61,851 bases of DNA from a virus (lineage: Duplodnaviria; Caudoviricetes), in IMG/VR virus record IMGVR_UViG_3300014822_000022, positions 1 through 61,851 of that record. One strand, given 5' to 3'. Each line of letters starts with the position of its first letter. Positions within the stretch are counted from its first letter, which is position 1. Of this stretch, positions 1 to 9,549 are shown piece after piece. Below the pieces are notes generated by a model, which had not been told where the DNA came from, ran no database searches, and saw nothing but the letters and a program-made list of their open reading frames with translations. The position numbers and the translations under genes are program-made.

Positions 1-18
1 GACATGTTCGATGCTCTC
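1..18. repeat. 18-bp terminal direct repeat (left copy), indicates circular assembly
   Basis: gacatgttcgatgctctc at 1-18 is identical to 61834-61851. Confidence 0.95.
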
Positions 19-354
19 GATGCAAAACTGCGGCGCCTTGCAGCCGCCGGCGAGCTCGATGGTCTCAGCAATGCGGCTGCGCTCACGAAAGCCGCTAAGG
101 CGGTGGTGGAGACCTTCGGAAGTCTAGCATCAAGCAAGGCCGCCGAGGCCAGCGAGAGCAAGCCCAAGCGGCCACGGCCGAAGGCAGAGACGAAAGCTGC
201 ACCGCCGACGCTCACCGACATTCCTGCCGCTGGCGACCAAGAAATCGCCCGCAGCAAATTCGCCGAGCTTGATAATCTCGAAGGCGAGGAACTTGAAGAG
301 GCGGTTGCCAGACTCACGCCTGCCGAGCGGCGAGCGTATGAGGAACTGCAATGA
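1..354 (+). CDS. C-terminal part of probable capsid scaffolding protein (continues from 61228 across the junction)
   Basis: In frame with the ORF starting at 61228; charged and helical; lies between portal and capsid genes. Confidence 0.75.
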   Translation, partial: DMFDALDAKLRRLAAAGELDGLSNAAALTKAAKAVVETFGSLASSKAAEASESKPKRPRPKAETKAAPPTLTDIPAAGDQEIARSKFAELDNLEGEELEEAVARLTPAERRAYEELQ

Positions 355-539
355 AGATTATCGACATCAAGGTCGGAGAATCTGTCTCAATCGAGTTTGG
401 TGAACAGCGGGTGGATATTATTCCGCAACACAAGTCTGGTTCTCGTATGCGTATCGGCATTGAGGCCGACAAGAGTGTGCGCATTGGGAATACAAAATCG
501 CTACTTGAGAGCGGTCTTGTTGACACATCTACGACGTAG
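351..539 (+). CDS. CsrA/RsmA-like small protein
   Basis: 62 aa; KVGESVSI...KSGSRMRIGIEADKSVRI aligns by eye with CsrA RVGETLMI...KGNQVRIGVNAPKEVSV; start overlaps upstream stop (ATGA). Confidence 0.6.
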   Translation: MKIIDIKVGESVSIEFGEQRVDIIPQHKSGSRMRIGIEADKSVRIGNTKSLLESGLVDTSTT

Positions 540-654
540 GCGGTAGCATACGCTCCCAAGGCCAACAATCGGCCTTGGGGGCTGCCGCCTGAAAGGCAAT
601 GGCATGTTCAAGAGGACTTCCCGGCTAAGAAAATAATCTAGGAGGGAAATCCTA
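538..654 (+). promoter_or_regulatory. Structured 5' leader of capsid gene with GGA-loop hairpins and occluded RBS
   Basis: Long stem 538-590; AAG-AGGA-CTT at 610-619; TAGGA-GGGAAA-TCCTA at 639-654 covering the SD and first base of ATG. Confidence 0.55.
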
Positions 655-1760
655 TGGCAGTCACCATTGTCGGCCTTGGCGACCCCAAGGCAATCAAAAG
701 GTGGTCGAGCTCACTGGCTGTTGACGTTGCCCGTAAATCGTACTTCTCGAAGAAGTTTATGGGTAAGGGCGCAGACGCGAGCACTCCGATTCAGTTGTTC
801 AACGAACTGGAGAACGACGCTGGCGACCAGATTACGTTCGACCTGTCCATGCAAATCGCAATGCAGCCGATTGAGGGCGATGACGTTCTCGAAGGCAAAG
901 AAGAAGACCTGAAATTCTACAGCGACTCACTGTACATCGACCAGATGCGGTGCGGCGTGAATACCGGCGGCAGGATGACGCGCAAGCGCACCCTGCACAA
1001 TCTCCGTGCTATCGCCCGTAAGCGTCAGTCGGAATGGTGGGCGCGTGTTCAGGATGAGCTCATCTTCATGTATCTGTCCGGCGCACGCGGAATCAATCCC
1101 GATTTCGTGTTCCCGCTGAACTATACTGGCTTTGCGAACAACCCGCTCACCCCGCCCGACGCAAATCACATCATGTATCCGACCGGCGCCAACTCCAAGG
1201 CGACGCTGACGGCCGCGCACAAGATGGATTTGTCGCTCATCGACAAACTGGTTGCGCATGCAACGATGATGGGCGGCGGAACTCAGGAAGTACCGCAGAT
1301 TCAGCCGATTGAAATCAACGGCGAGAATCATTACGTGCTCCTGATGTCTCCGTGGCAGGCATACGACCTTCGCACCAACACGAATGCCGGCCAGTGGCTC
1401 GACATCCAGAAGGCCGCAGCAGCCGCAGAAGGGCGCAACAACCCCATCTTCAAGGGCGCTCTCGGCATGTACAACAATGTCATCCTGCACGAGCACAAGG
1501 CTGTTATTCGGTTCGACGATTACGGCGCCGGCGGCAACGTGCAGGCAGCCCGCGCGCTGTTCCTTGGCGCTCAGGCATGCGCAATGGCATTCGGTTCCCC
1601 GGGGACCGGCATGCGCTATCAGTGGCACGAAGAAACGCGGGACAACGGCAATCAGGTGGTTATCACTTCCTCTGCTATTTGGGGATGCAAGAAGTGTACG
1701 TTCAACGGCACTGACTTCGGCGTCATTGCTGTTGACACCGCAGCACAGCAGCCCGCATAA
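654..1760 (+). CDS. Major capsid protein, N4-gp56/DUF4043 type
   Basis: 368 aa; motifs ELENDAGDQITFDL, EGKEEDL, IDQMR, NPIFKGALGMYNNVILHEH, ARALFLGAQA; strong RBS; position after scaffold. Confidence 0.9.
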   Translation: MAVTIVGLGDPKAIKRWSSSLAVDVARKSYFSKKFMGKGADASTPIQLFNELENDAGDQITFDLSMQIAMQPIEGDDVLEGKEEDLKFYSDSLYIDQMRCGVNTGGRMTRKRTLHNLRAIARKRQSEWWARVQDELIFMYLSGARGINPDFVFPLNYTGFANNPLTPPDANHIMYPTGANSKATLTAAHKMDLSLIDKLVAHATMMGGGTQEVPQIQPIEINGENHYVLLMSPWQAYDLRTNTNAGQWLDIQKAAAAAEGRNNPIFKGALGMYNNVILHEHKAVIRFDDYGAGGNVQAARALFLGAQACAMAFGSPGTGMRYQWHEETRDNGNQVVITSSAIWGCKKCTFNGTDFGVIAVDTAAQQPA

Positions 1761-1774
1761 GGAGGTAGTGAATC

Positions 1775-2230
1775 ATGGCACTTATTAAAGGGCAGAATAT
1801 CGACCGCAGCCGCCCCGCCGTTTCCACCGATGACTCCGATGTTGTATCGGTCATCGGGCGGCATACGGTGACGGCGGCAGAGGCAGCGGCAGCAGCGGCT
1901 GGCGATGTCATCCAACTGGTCAAGCTCCCGGCGGGCTCAAAGATTGTCGATGCAATCGCGTACTCGTCGGCGGCCGAAACCGGAACCGCAGATGTTGTCG
2001 AACTGACGGATGCCGCCGGCGCGGCCATCCCGACCTCGACCATTGTTGCGGCCGGGGCAGTTCTGGACGGCGCGCTGCATCGTCTGGACAGTCCGCAGGC
2101 ACTTGACCTGTCACCGCAGTCAACGGAGACCTACGCCTCCGTTGTCTTGGGTGCGGCAACGCCGAGCCTGACGGCGGGAACAGTCATCAGCCTTGAGTTG
2201 CGTTATCGCAACAACTGGCTCGGAGACTGA
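1775..2230 (+). CDS. Probable capsid decoration/cement protein
   Basis: 151 aa directly after MCP; AAGDVIQLVKLPAG motif; RBS AGGAGG; followed by terminator. Confidence 0.6.
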   Translation: MALIKGQNIDRSRPAVSTDDSDVVSVIGRHTVTAAEAAAAAAGDVIQLVKLPAGSKIVDAIAYSSAAETGTADVVELTDAAGAAIPTSTIVAAGAVLDGALHRLDSPQALDLSPQSTETYASVVLGAATPSLTAGTVISLELRYRNNWLGD

Positions 2231-2246
2231 TTCGCGGCAATGTGAG

Positions 2247-2274
2247 AGAGGGGAGGGCAATCCTCCCCTCTTTT
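2247..2274 (+). terminator. Rho-independent terminator
   Basis: AGAGGGGAGG-gcaat-CCTCCCCTCT followed by T run. Confidence 0.8.
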
Positions 2275-2302
2275 CGCATAAAAACACTCAAGGGGAGATA
2301 CC

Positions 2303-2659
2303 ATGCTAATTGAACGCAAGCTGAAAACACCGGGCGGAACCGTGGTCGAGATTGACGGGGAAGAATACCATTTCAAGCCGCAGAACGGCGACGATGACAA
2401 CCCGCACGTCTGCGAAGTGAGGAATCCGGCGCACATCAAGCTCCTGCTCGCCGTTGATGATGGCGAAGCCTATGTCGAGGTGCCGTCGAGCACGCAGCCA
2501 GCGAGCGATATTCCGAGCGAGTTCGATGGGATGACGAAGGCGCAACTGTGCGAACTGGCCAAGGAAGAGTTCGGCGTCGAGCTCAAGAAGAACAAGGCTG
2601 TCCGCACCCTTATTGCGGAGATTATGGAACTCCGCAAAGAGCGCGCTGAACAGCAATGA
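2303..2659 (+). CDS. Hypothetical head-module protein with small C-terminal helical (Rho-N/HeH-like) segment
   Basis: 118 aa, RBS; FDGMTKAQLCELAKEEFGVEL pattern. Confidence 0.55.
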   Translation: MLIERKLKTPGGTVVEIDGEEYHFKPQNGDDDNPHVCEVRNPAHIKLLLAVDDGEAYVEVPSSTQPASDIPSEFDGMTKAQLCELAKEEFGVELKKNKAVRTLIAEIMELRKERAEQQ

Positions 2660-3327
2660 ATCTGCCGGAGCTCATCGCCGCTGCAAGGGCAATGCTCGAC
2701 GACCCCGATGTAGGGGGCGACGAGAGAGACTTGCTCTGGAGCGACGATGAGCTCGTCAGGTGGATAAACGAGGCGCAGCAGGAGGCGGCCAGACGCGCCT
2801 ACCTCTTGTTCGATGACACATCATCCATAACACAGGTCCAGATTGACTCTTCGGGCAACAGGTTCCCTGTAAACCAGCGCGTCATCAGGGTCAATGGCGC
2901 GCGCCTTATCGGCGGCATTCACCCATACCTTATCCCGGCAAACGAAGACGAGTTGGATATTCGAGACCCGCAGTGGGGCAAACGCCAAGGTGAGCCGACG
3001 AGATACGTCAACCGAGACAAGCATATCCTTCTCGACAGAATCCCAACTGGCCCCGGCGTCATCCAACTGGAAGCCTATATCCTTCCGTCTGAGCTTGCCT
3101 TGGGAGTGAATGAGACGCTGGACATAGACCCTCAGCACCATGAGGCATTGCTTTATTGGGTGAAGTATCGCGCCTATGACAAAGACGATACAGAGACGAA
3201 GAATGCCGAGAAATCAGCCATCGGCAGCAATCAGTTCACCTCACGATTTGGACGCAGAAGGGATGCATCAGAAGAGGTGACAATACGCTCTGCGCAGGCT
3301 AGGCGGTCTGCAATCCACTGGTTCTGA
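2656..3327 (+). CDS. Probable head-tail adaptor protein
   Basis: 223 aa; LWSDDELVRWINEAQQE and HHEALLYWVKYRAY motifs; position. Confidence 0.7.
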   Translation: MNLPELIAAARAMLDDPDVGGDERDLLWSDDELVRWINEAQQEAARRAYLLFDDTSSITQVQIDSSGNRFPVNQRVIRVNGARLIGGIHPYLIPANEDELDIRDPQWGKRQGEPTRYVNRDKHILLDRIPTGPGVIQLEAYILPSELALGVNETLDIDPQHHEALLYWVKYRAYDKDDTETKNAEKSAIGSNQFTSRFGRRRDASEEVTIRSAQARRSAIHWF

Positions 3328-4538
3328 TGGCTGTCGAATTTCAACCGATTATCTTTGGGCGCTCGAAGGGCGTTGACAACAAACACGACCTTGCCGGCCT
3401 CGACTATCTGAGTGTTGGCGTCAATGTTGATATTGACGCGAACAACAAGATAAGGAGAAGGCGTGGCCACAATGTTATCCTGAGCGGCGACATCCACAGT
3501 CTTTGGTCCAATGGCGATATTTGCCTATTCATTGAAGGTGGCAACCTAAAGAGGCTTCACAGCGACCTCCAGACAGTCGAGGTGCTTGCGCCTGTCAAAG
3601 GGCCATGCGCTTACCTTTCGGCCATAGGGAAAGTCTATGTGACAGACGGTTCATCCGGGCTTGTCATTGAGGATGGGGTGGCTAGGAAGTGGGGGGTGGA
3701 TAGCCCCCCACCGCCAGATGTGGCTCCGGCCACGGGTGGGATGAGGGCAGGCAGGTATGGTGTATGCCTGACTCATGTTATGCCGGACGGAAGGGAGAGC
3801 GGGGCTTCGACCCCCGTGTTTTTTGAGGGAAGCGGCGGCATCGCCGTGTCCGGCATAACTCACCCACCTTCCGGTTTTGTCAGGGTGTATGTGACACCTC
3901 CAGATGGCGATACATTCTTCCGCGTGGCAGAGCTCCGCAACGGAGAGGCAACCGTCACATATACTGGCGCCACCTCTGACATTCCGCTGAGGTTTCCGTA
4001 TCTGTCACCGCCACCGGCAGGACACATGCTGTGCTATTTCAACGGGCGGATTTATATCGCGGTTGGGAACTTGCTTTATTACACCGAGGCATATCAGCCT
4101 GAGAGATGCGATATTGGCTACAGCTTCTTCCGCATGAATGGCAGAATCACCATGCTGATGCCAGTAAAGGATGGCCTTTGGGTTTCCGATGGGCAGATAT
4201 GGTTCCTCCAAGGCTCAGGGCCGGAAGAGTTCAGCAAGATGCTCAAGGCTCCATATAACGCAGTTGAGGGAACTGCATGCAGAATAGACGGAAAGTACGT
4301 TGATACACCCGGCGACGGCGTGATTGTCACAACCGAAATGGGCATCTGCGTTTGTGGCAATGGCGGCTCATTCAAGAACGAGACAGAGGACAGGGTGGCA
4401 TTTGCGGCCGCAAAACATGGAGCCGGCCTTGTTCGCAGGCACGATGGTATGGTGCAATACCTTGGCATTGTAAATGGGGATGACGGAAGGCCCGTAAACA
4501 CATATAATCCGCAAGTAGGACAAATCGAATACAGGTAG
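3327..4538 (+). CDS. Probable tail nozzle/tubular protein
   Basis: 403 aa beta-rich; GVDN...NVDID...RRRRG N-terminus, FNGRIYIA; follows adaptor. Confidence 0.55.
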   Translation: MAVEFQPIIFGRSKGVDNKHDLAGLDYLSVGVNVDIDANNKIRRRRGHNVILSGDIHSLWSNGDICLFIEGGNLKRLHSDLQTVEVLAPVKGPCAYLSAIGKVYVTDGSSGLVIEDGVARKWGVDSPPPPDVAPATGGMRAGRYGVCLTHVMPDGRESGASTPVFFEGSGGIAVSGITHPPSGFVRVYVTPPDGDTFFRVAELRNGEATVTYTGATSDIPLRFPYLSPPPAGHMLCYFNGRIYIAVGNLLYYTEAYQPERCDIGYSFFRMNGRITMLMPVKDGLWVSDGQIWFLQGSGPEEFSKMLKAPYNAVEGTACRIDGKYVDTPGDGVIVTTEMGICVCGNGGSFKNETEDRVAFAAAKHGAGLVRRHDGMVQYLGIVNGDDGRPVNTYNPQVGQIEYR

Positions 4539-4549
4539 GGAGGAACACT

Positions 4550-4981
4550 ATGGCAATTCGACTTTCAACAGGTCTGCGAAACCAGCTTCTTGATACCGGC
4601 TCGCTCAAAACCATCTTCACGAACGCGAAGCTGGAATACTTCACGGGCGCGCAGCCGGCGTCCGCTGACGACGCAGCGACAGGAACCAAACTTCTCACCA
4701 TCGACAACACGACCGGCATCAACTTCGAGCCTACCGCAGTCAATGGCACGCTGAGCAAACTGGCAACCGAGGTGTGGTCGGCCACCGCCGCCAACTCCGG
4801 CACGGCCGGATGGTTCAGACTTTCATCGCTGGCCGACGCGAATGCGGCATCGACCACGCTTCCGCGAATTGATGGGAGTATCGGCACATTCGGGGCAGAC
4901 CTGAATCTGTCCAGCACAAATATAGTTGCAGGGGCGACCGAGACTGTCACGGCCTTTGATGTGACCCTCCCCGTCCAGTGA
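4550..4981 (+). CDS. Virion structural protein, paralog family copy 1
   Basis: GAQPASADDAATGTKL...GTAGWFR...LSSTNIVAG shared with 28542 and 28961 ORFs. Confidence 0.65.
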   Translation: MAIRLSTGLRNQLLDTGSLKTIFTNAKLEYFTGAQPASADDAATGTKLLTIDNTTGINFEPTAVNGTLSKLATEVWSATAANSGTAGWFRLSSLADANAASTTLPRIDGSIGTFGADLNLSSTNIVAGATETVTAFDVTLPVQ

Positions 4982-4999
4982 TAAGAGTGGAGGTGGCGC

Positions 5000-5782
5000 A
5001 TGGCCGTACAACTTCAAGACCTTAACCTGTATCTCTCGGGAGGGGCCACCAACACGGACCCGAATCTGTCGCTTGGCGGCGTGATTTCGGGGACAACGGT
5101 AAAGTCAGAGCTCGCAACGGCTCCAGTGAACATTACCGGAGTGACCATTTTTGACGCCATCGGCAATGGCATTGGCGCCGGCACCCTCACGTTTACGCTG
5201 ACGGGTCAGACCTTGCAGTGGACCCCTCCGGGCGGCTCCATTGGCGCGGCCGTCACGGTGTCAACCGATGGGCGATACACCATTCAAGGCGCCGGCGCCG
5301 GATATTTGATTGTCGATGTTGTGACCGCATCCCTGCCGACCGCCAACGCAACCGACACCATCACTATTTCGGCGAACAAGAACGGCATCTTCGATGATGT
5401 GTTGAAAACTGAGAGCTTTACTGGAGACATCGAATATCGGTGCCTGTATCTCAAGAACGATAACCCAATCGACACGGCATTCGATGTTCTGGTGTATATC
5501 GGCTCCGAGCCAACAGGCACAGACAGCGTTGACCTTATGGTTGACCCGGCCGGCGCCGGCGATGGCGTGACGACTGGTGTTGCTCAGACGGTGGTAAATG
5601 AGAATACACCTCCGGCCAACGGAACCTTCTCCCGACCGCTTGACATTGCCAATGCGCTGTCTCTTGGCCAGCTTAACCCCGGACAGGCAGCAGCGTTCTG
5701 GATTCGCAGGAGCGTTCCGGCACTCAACATTACAACGACCACCGGAGATACATTCACGCTGAGCTTCAAAGCATTCGTATAA
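5000..5782 (+). CDS. Virion structural protein
   Basis: 260 aa Thr/Gly-rich; DPNLSLGG, EYRCLYLKN, FWIRR motifs; RBS GGAGG. Confidence 0.6.
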   Translation: MAVQLQDLNLYLSGGATNTDPNLSLGGVISGTTVKSELATAPVNITGVTIFDAIGNGIGAGTLTFTLTGQTLQWTPPGGSIGAAVTVSTDGRYTIQGAGAGYLIVDVVTASLPTANATDTITISANKNGIFDDVLKTESFTGDIEYRCLYLKNDNPIDTAFDVLVYIGSEPTGTDSVDLMVDPAGAGDGVTTGVAQTVVNENTPPANGTFSRPLDIANALSLGQLNPGQAAAFWIRRSVPALNITTTTGDTFTLSFKAFV

Positions 5783-5797
5783 TACGGGGAGGCGGAT

Positions 5798-7522
5798 ATG
5801 GCCGTGCAAGCGTATAAATTCTATCGCCTAAACATATCCGCCTCCGCCTCGAACTATCGGATATGGATTGCTGAGCTCTACCTTTACAGCTTTGGAGCAA
5901 ACAAGGCTGCATCGGCAACCATTACGGCAAAGAATTACTGGTCAACTTATTACCTGCCTCAGAATGTGGCAGATGGAGCCACAGGCAATGGCTGGCTAAG
6001 CAACGCCTATTCGTTTCCGAACTGGATTCAGTTTGAGTTTGCCCAACCCGAACTGATTGATTCCTATGCCATTGCAACAGGAACGTCTTTTTCGGGTGAT
6101 TATCCAACATCGTGGACGCTTGAGGGCTCAAATGATGGAACGAACTGGACCGTTGTGCATACCGTATCCAGCGGCGCGTTGGCATATAATACAACATCTA
6201 CGTTTACCATCCTCAACGTCGCCGGCATCGAGCTTCCGGCATCCTATGATGTAAGCGCGCCATCTGAACTCAATTTTGCCACTGATTGCGTTTACGACCT
6301 GAACGCGCCAACCGTCCTGCAATCAGACCGCTGGCGTGTTGTGTATGATGCGGTCAAAGCGGATACGGTCGATAAACCGATAGATGCAACGTATGACGCC
6401 ACTGGCGTCACGGAGGTCTTCGCAAGAAGGCTTGCGATATACGACATCCTGCCGAGCTATACATCCATCGAGTGGAGCACGTCAGTCGATTATGTGATTG
6501 CTCCACATGTAGGCACAGCACACCTGTCGCTTCCCGCCATCAAGGCCTCTGCGAGAGGCGCGTCACATGCGTCAATAGCACTCCCGGCACTATCCGTTTC
6601 CTCGACTGGCGCGACCGGAACAATGGGCAGTGCCAGCATCACCCTCCCGCGCCTCTCTGTACAGCCGCGAGCAGCAACCAAGGCAGCCATCAATATCCCT
6701 GCAATCACCGCATCTATTGACGGAACTGTAGGCACATCGGGCTCAGCCTCTCTCACCTTACCATCATTCATTGTTGGTGTGGCAAGCGGCAATGATGGGA
6801 TTGGTTCAGCGCACGTTTCTCTGTCCAGTCTTGGTGTGTCCGTTTCAGGGGTTGTCGGCACTGTAGGCGCCGCCGACATTTCGATACGGCCATTCACCGT
6901 ATCTGCCACAGGAAAATCCGGCCACACAGGCGCCGCGCTCGTGGCCATGCCGCCACTGTCCATATCTGGAAGCGGCATGGCATCTCATTCCACAGCCGTT
7001 TCGATAACGCTCCCGGCGATGAAGATGGCCGTCTCCAGCAGGACGGCAGATGGGTTGCCGGCTTTTTCTGGATGGGCTCTCAACATCGAAAACTCGGCCG
7101 TGACCGAATATACAGGGCTGTCTTTCAATTCCATGGCGGTGTTCAACGGCATTGAGCTCGCCGCCTCATCAGACGGCATATCGACGCTTGGCGGAGACAG
7201 GGACAACACCTACGCCATCAATGCAGAAGCGCTGACCTCGGCAACGGACTTCGATTCTCACTTTATGAAGAGGGTGAGGGACATGTATATCGGGCTGCGG
7301 GCCGATGGGCCGATTGTCATCGAGACTGTGACTGGCGAGAATATCATCAGAACATATCCAGTCGATAGGGTTGTTGACGGCATCCATGAGCAGCGCGTTA
7401 AGTTGCGTCGCGGGGTGAAGTCGCGGTACTGGCAATTCGGCGTCAAGAATGTGGACGGGGCATATTTCGAAATCGACCGCATGACGATTGAGCCAACCGT
7501 GCTTGAGCGGAGAACGGCATGA
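5798..7522 (+). CDS. Virion protein with N-terminal discoidin (F5/8C)-like domain and central GxAxxxLP repeats
   Basis: WIQFEF...PTSWTLEGSNDGTNWT motif; repeated G-x-A-x-I/L-x-L-P units. Confidence 0.65.
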   Translation: MAVQAYKFYRLNISASASNYRIWIAELYLYSFGANKAASATITAKNYWSTYYLPQNVADGATGNGWLSNAYSFPNWIQFEFAQPELIDSYAIATGTSFSGDYPTSWTLEGSNDGTNWTVVHTVSSGALAYNTTSTFTILNVAGIELPASYDVSAPSELNFATDCVYDLNAPTVLQSDRWRVVYDAVKADTVDKPIDATYDATGVTEVFARRLAIYDILPSYTSIEWSTSVDYVIAPHVGTAHLSLPAIKASARGASHASIALPALSVSSTGATGTMGSASITLPRLSVQPRAATKAAINIPAITASIDGTVGTSGSASLTLPSFIVGVASGNDGIGSAHVSLSSLGVSVSGVVGTVGAADISIRPFTVSATGKSGHTGAALVAMPPLSISGSGMASHSTAVSITLPAMKMAVSSRTADGLPAFSGWALNIENSAVTEYTGLSFNSMAVFNGIELAASSDGISTLGGDRDNTYAINAEALTSATDFDSHFMKRVRDMYIGLRADGPIVIETVTGENIIRTYPVDRVVDGIHEQRVKLRRGVKSRYWQFGVKNVDGAYFEIDRMTIEPTVLERRTA

Positions 7523-9525
7523 GGAAGATTCTCGCAGGGCACAATGCTATCGCCCTGTACTCGAAGGCCGATGGATTCGCAAAGAAAGGGCAGAGAAAGC
7601 GCTTTCGGGCCACCGAGTACCACATGGAAGAGGCAGATATGCCTCAGCGCAAGGATTATTTCGAGGTCAGGCCACATCCTGTGGAGACCTCCGGCATCGT
7701 GATGACAAACAGCGACTCGGCGACAGTTGTTGCCGATATTCCAGAACCCCTTGGCTCGCGTCGAGTCAGCGTTGATGGCAGTCAGAACTTCCTATTCCAC
7801 ATGTCTGGCGATTGCACTGCGCCGATATTCACAATCACATCGGACAGCGCCGGCAAAACTGTATCCATTGACGTTCAGGAGATTTATCCACGCTGGAGCG
7901 ACAATGATGCATACTCGTGGTCAAGCGGAACTGGCACCACATCAACATCACTTACATTGTCCGGCAAGAACGATGGCTGGTACATAGTCAAAGCAACCAT
8001 AGGAGCCAACGGAGATGCCGAACGAACCGGCATTCTGGAAACAGACTGCGGCGAATTCTTCAAGCAGAAAAATGTGTTCAAGACGCGCGGCTGGAGAATG
8101 ACAGATGGCGCGTTCTTGGAGAACTATTATGGCAGTAGCCACTATATCGAGCTTCCAGTTCCGGCAAACACAGAGGTCACTTTACACCTCCTGTCCCACA
8201 CGTCCGGGGCGGCTTGGTGGTTTACATACAACGCCATTCATGAGTCCCAAACAACAGTTTCGCAGTCATGGAATGGAGGTGAGGAACTGACCGCAACCCT
8301 AGAAGCCAGACCAGAGGACACGCTGTACTACATCGAGGTTTCATCTTATAGCGCTCAGGATGACAGAGCAGACTTCTGGCTCGAATCAGACAATGAAAAT
8401 GTGTACATGTACTATGATGGCGAATACTACATCAAGCGCACCGTGGCTCATGTAAGCCCATCGGCAAACGCATGGTTTTGGGTTGACGACGACAAGGAGC
8501 ACAGGATTTCCCTGACGCGACTGGATGATAACAGTTATACATGCGATGTATCCATTGTGAAGGGGTCAGACACATTGCAGTTGGAACATTGGGGTTCAAA
8601 CACTCTCGACATGTCTGTTCAGGGGAACAAGGGCGACTCATTCTCCCTCCACCTTTCATCAACACAGACACACCTTGGCCCCGGGCCATTCGTCAGCCCA
8701 GACGCTCCGCTGTTGACAACCCGTTGGCCAATACTGAGTGGCTTTTGGGGGCTTAGCTCATCCATTCCAGAGTCTTGGTGGATGAAGTTTCAGACAGGAG
8801 GGCGCTGGACACTCAGAGGCTCGACATGGGTTTTTGAAGGTTCTGGCATACCGCCTGTACACTCAATCACGGGGCCAAGTGTCCCTAGTTCACCCGATGT
8901 TCAATATACCGCGACACGAGAATCAGATGGACAGCAGATAACGGTGACTGCGGCTCAGTTGATGATGAAGGACAATGTTGAAAGCAATCCGCCGGTCTCG
9001 AACAGGTATATTAACGTATGGCAATCGGATGGCACGCTGAAAGCATCCATTTCACCCATCAGGGACCATAAAACCGGACCGCTTCATTACACCGGCTTCC
9101 CGGCCGTCTATGAAGAACACAAGTCAGGGTTCAGAGACACCCTGAATTACACATGGACACCATGGCCGCATCCCAATGATATTTATTTCATGGTGACATC
9201 AGAGGAAGGTGTATCAAGCTGGAGTCATGTCGGCAGGTTCAGGGTTTATACCTACAACGATGATACACAACAGGGTCAGACGTTCGACCCGTCAGTGACA
9301 AGGTTTTCGCCCCACCCAGACCCTGCCGATGCCGGGCCTCCAGAAAGGTTTGAGACCCTTTTTTGGGACTATGAGGGAGGGATTCTCATATATGATGGCG
9401 CCATAATGGCGACCAGCAAGAATTGGACAAGCAGGCCGATTGGTCCCAAAATCATCGACCGGCAAACCCTGATTGATGAGGTTGGAGATGTTCTGGCGAT
9501 TGTTTATGGTTGGGCCAGCTTCTGA
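7519..9525 (+). CDS. Large hypothetical tail-module protein, beta-rich
   Basis: 668-aa ORF coupled by ATGA overlap; Trp/Tyr/Ser/Thr rich; no recognised motif. Confidence 0.6.
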   Translation: MRKILAGHNAIALYSKADGFAKKGQRKRFRATEYHMEEADMPQRKDYFEVRPHPVETSGIVMTNSDSATVVADIPEPLGSRRVSVDGSQNFLFHMSGDCTAPIFTITSDSAGKTVSIDVQEIYPRWSDNDAYSWSSGTGTTSTSLTLSGKNDGWYIVKATIGANGDAERTGILETDCGEFFKQKNVFKTRGWRMTDGAFLENYYGSSHYIELPVPANTEVTLHLLSHTSGAAWWFTYNAIHESQTTVSQSWNGGEELTATLEARPEDTLYYIEVSSYSAQDDRADFWLESDNENVYMYYDGEYYIKRTVAHVSPSANAWFWVDDDKEHRISLTRLDDNSYTCDVSIVKGSDTLQLEHWGSNTLDMSVQGNKGDSFSLHLSSTQTHLGPGPFVSPDAPLLTTRWPILSGFWGLSSSIPESWWMKFQTGGRWTLRGSTWVFEGSGIPPVHSITGPSVPSSPDVQYTATRESDGQQITVTAAQLMMKDNVESNPPVSNRYINVWQSDGTLKASISPIRDHKTGPLHYTGFPAVYEEHKSGFRDTLNYTWTPWPHPNDIYFMVTSEEGVSSWSHVGRFRVYTYNDDTQQGQTFDPSVTRFSPHPDPADAGPPERFETLFWDYEGGILIYDGAIMATSKNWTSRPIGPKIIDRQTLIDEVGDVLAIVYGWASF

Positions 9526-9549
9526 TAGCATGCGCGCAAGGGAGGGAGT

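Noticed and set aside
1-18. 18-bp terminal repeat as biological DTR or att site
   Set aside because: It falls mid-gene and is best explained as circular assembly overlap
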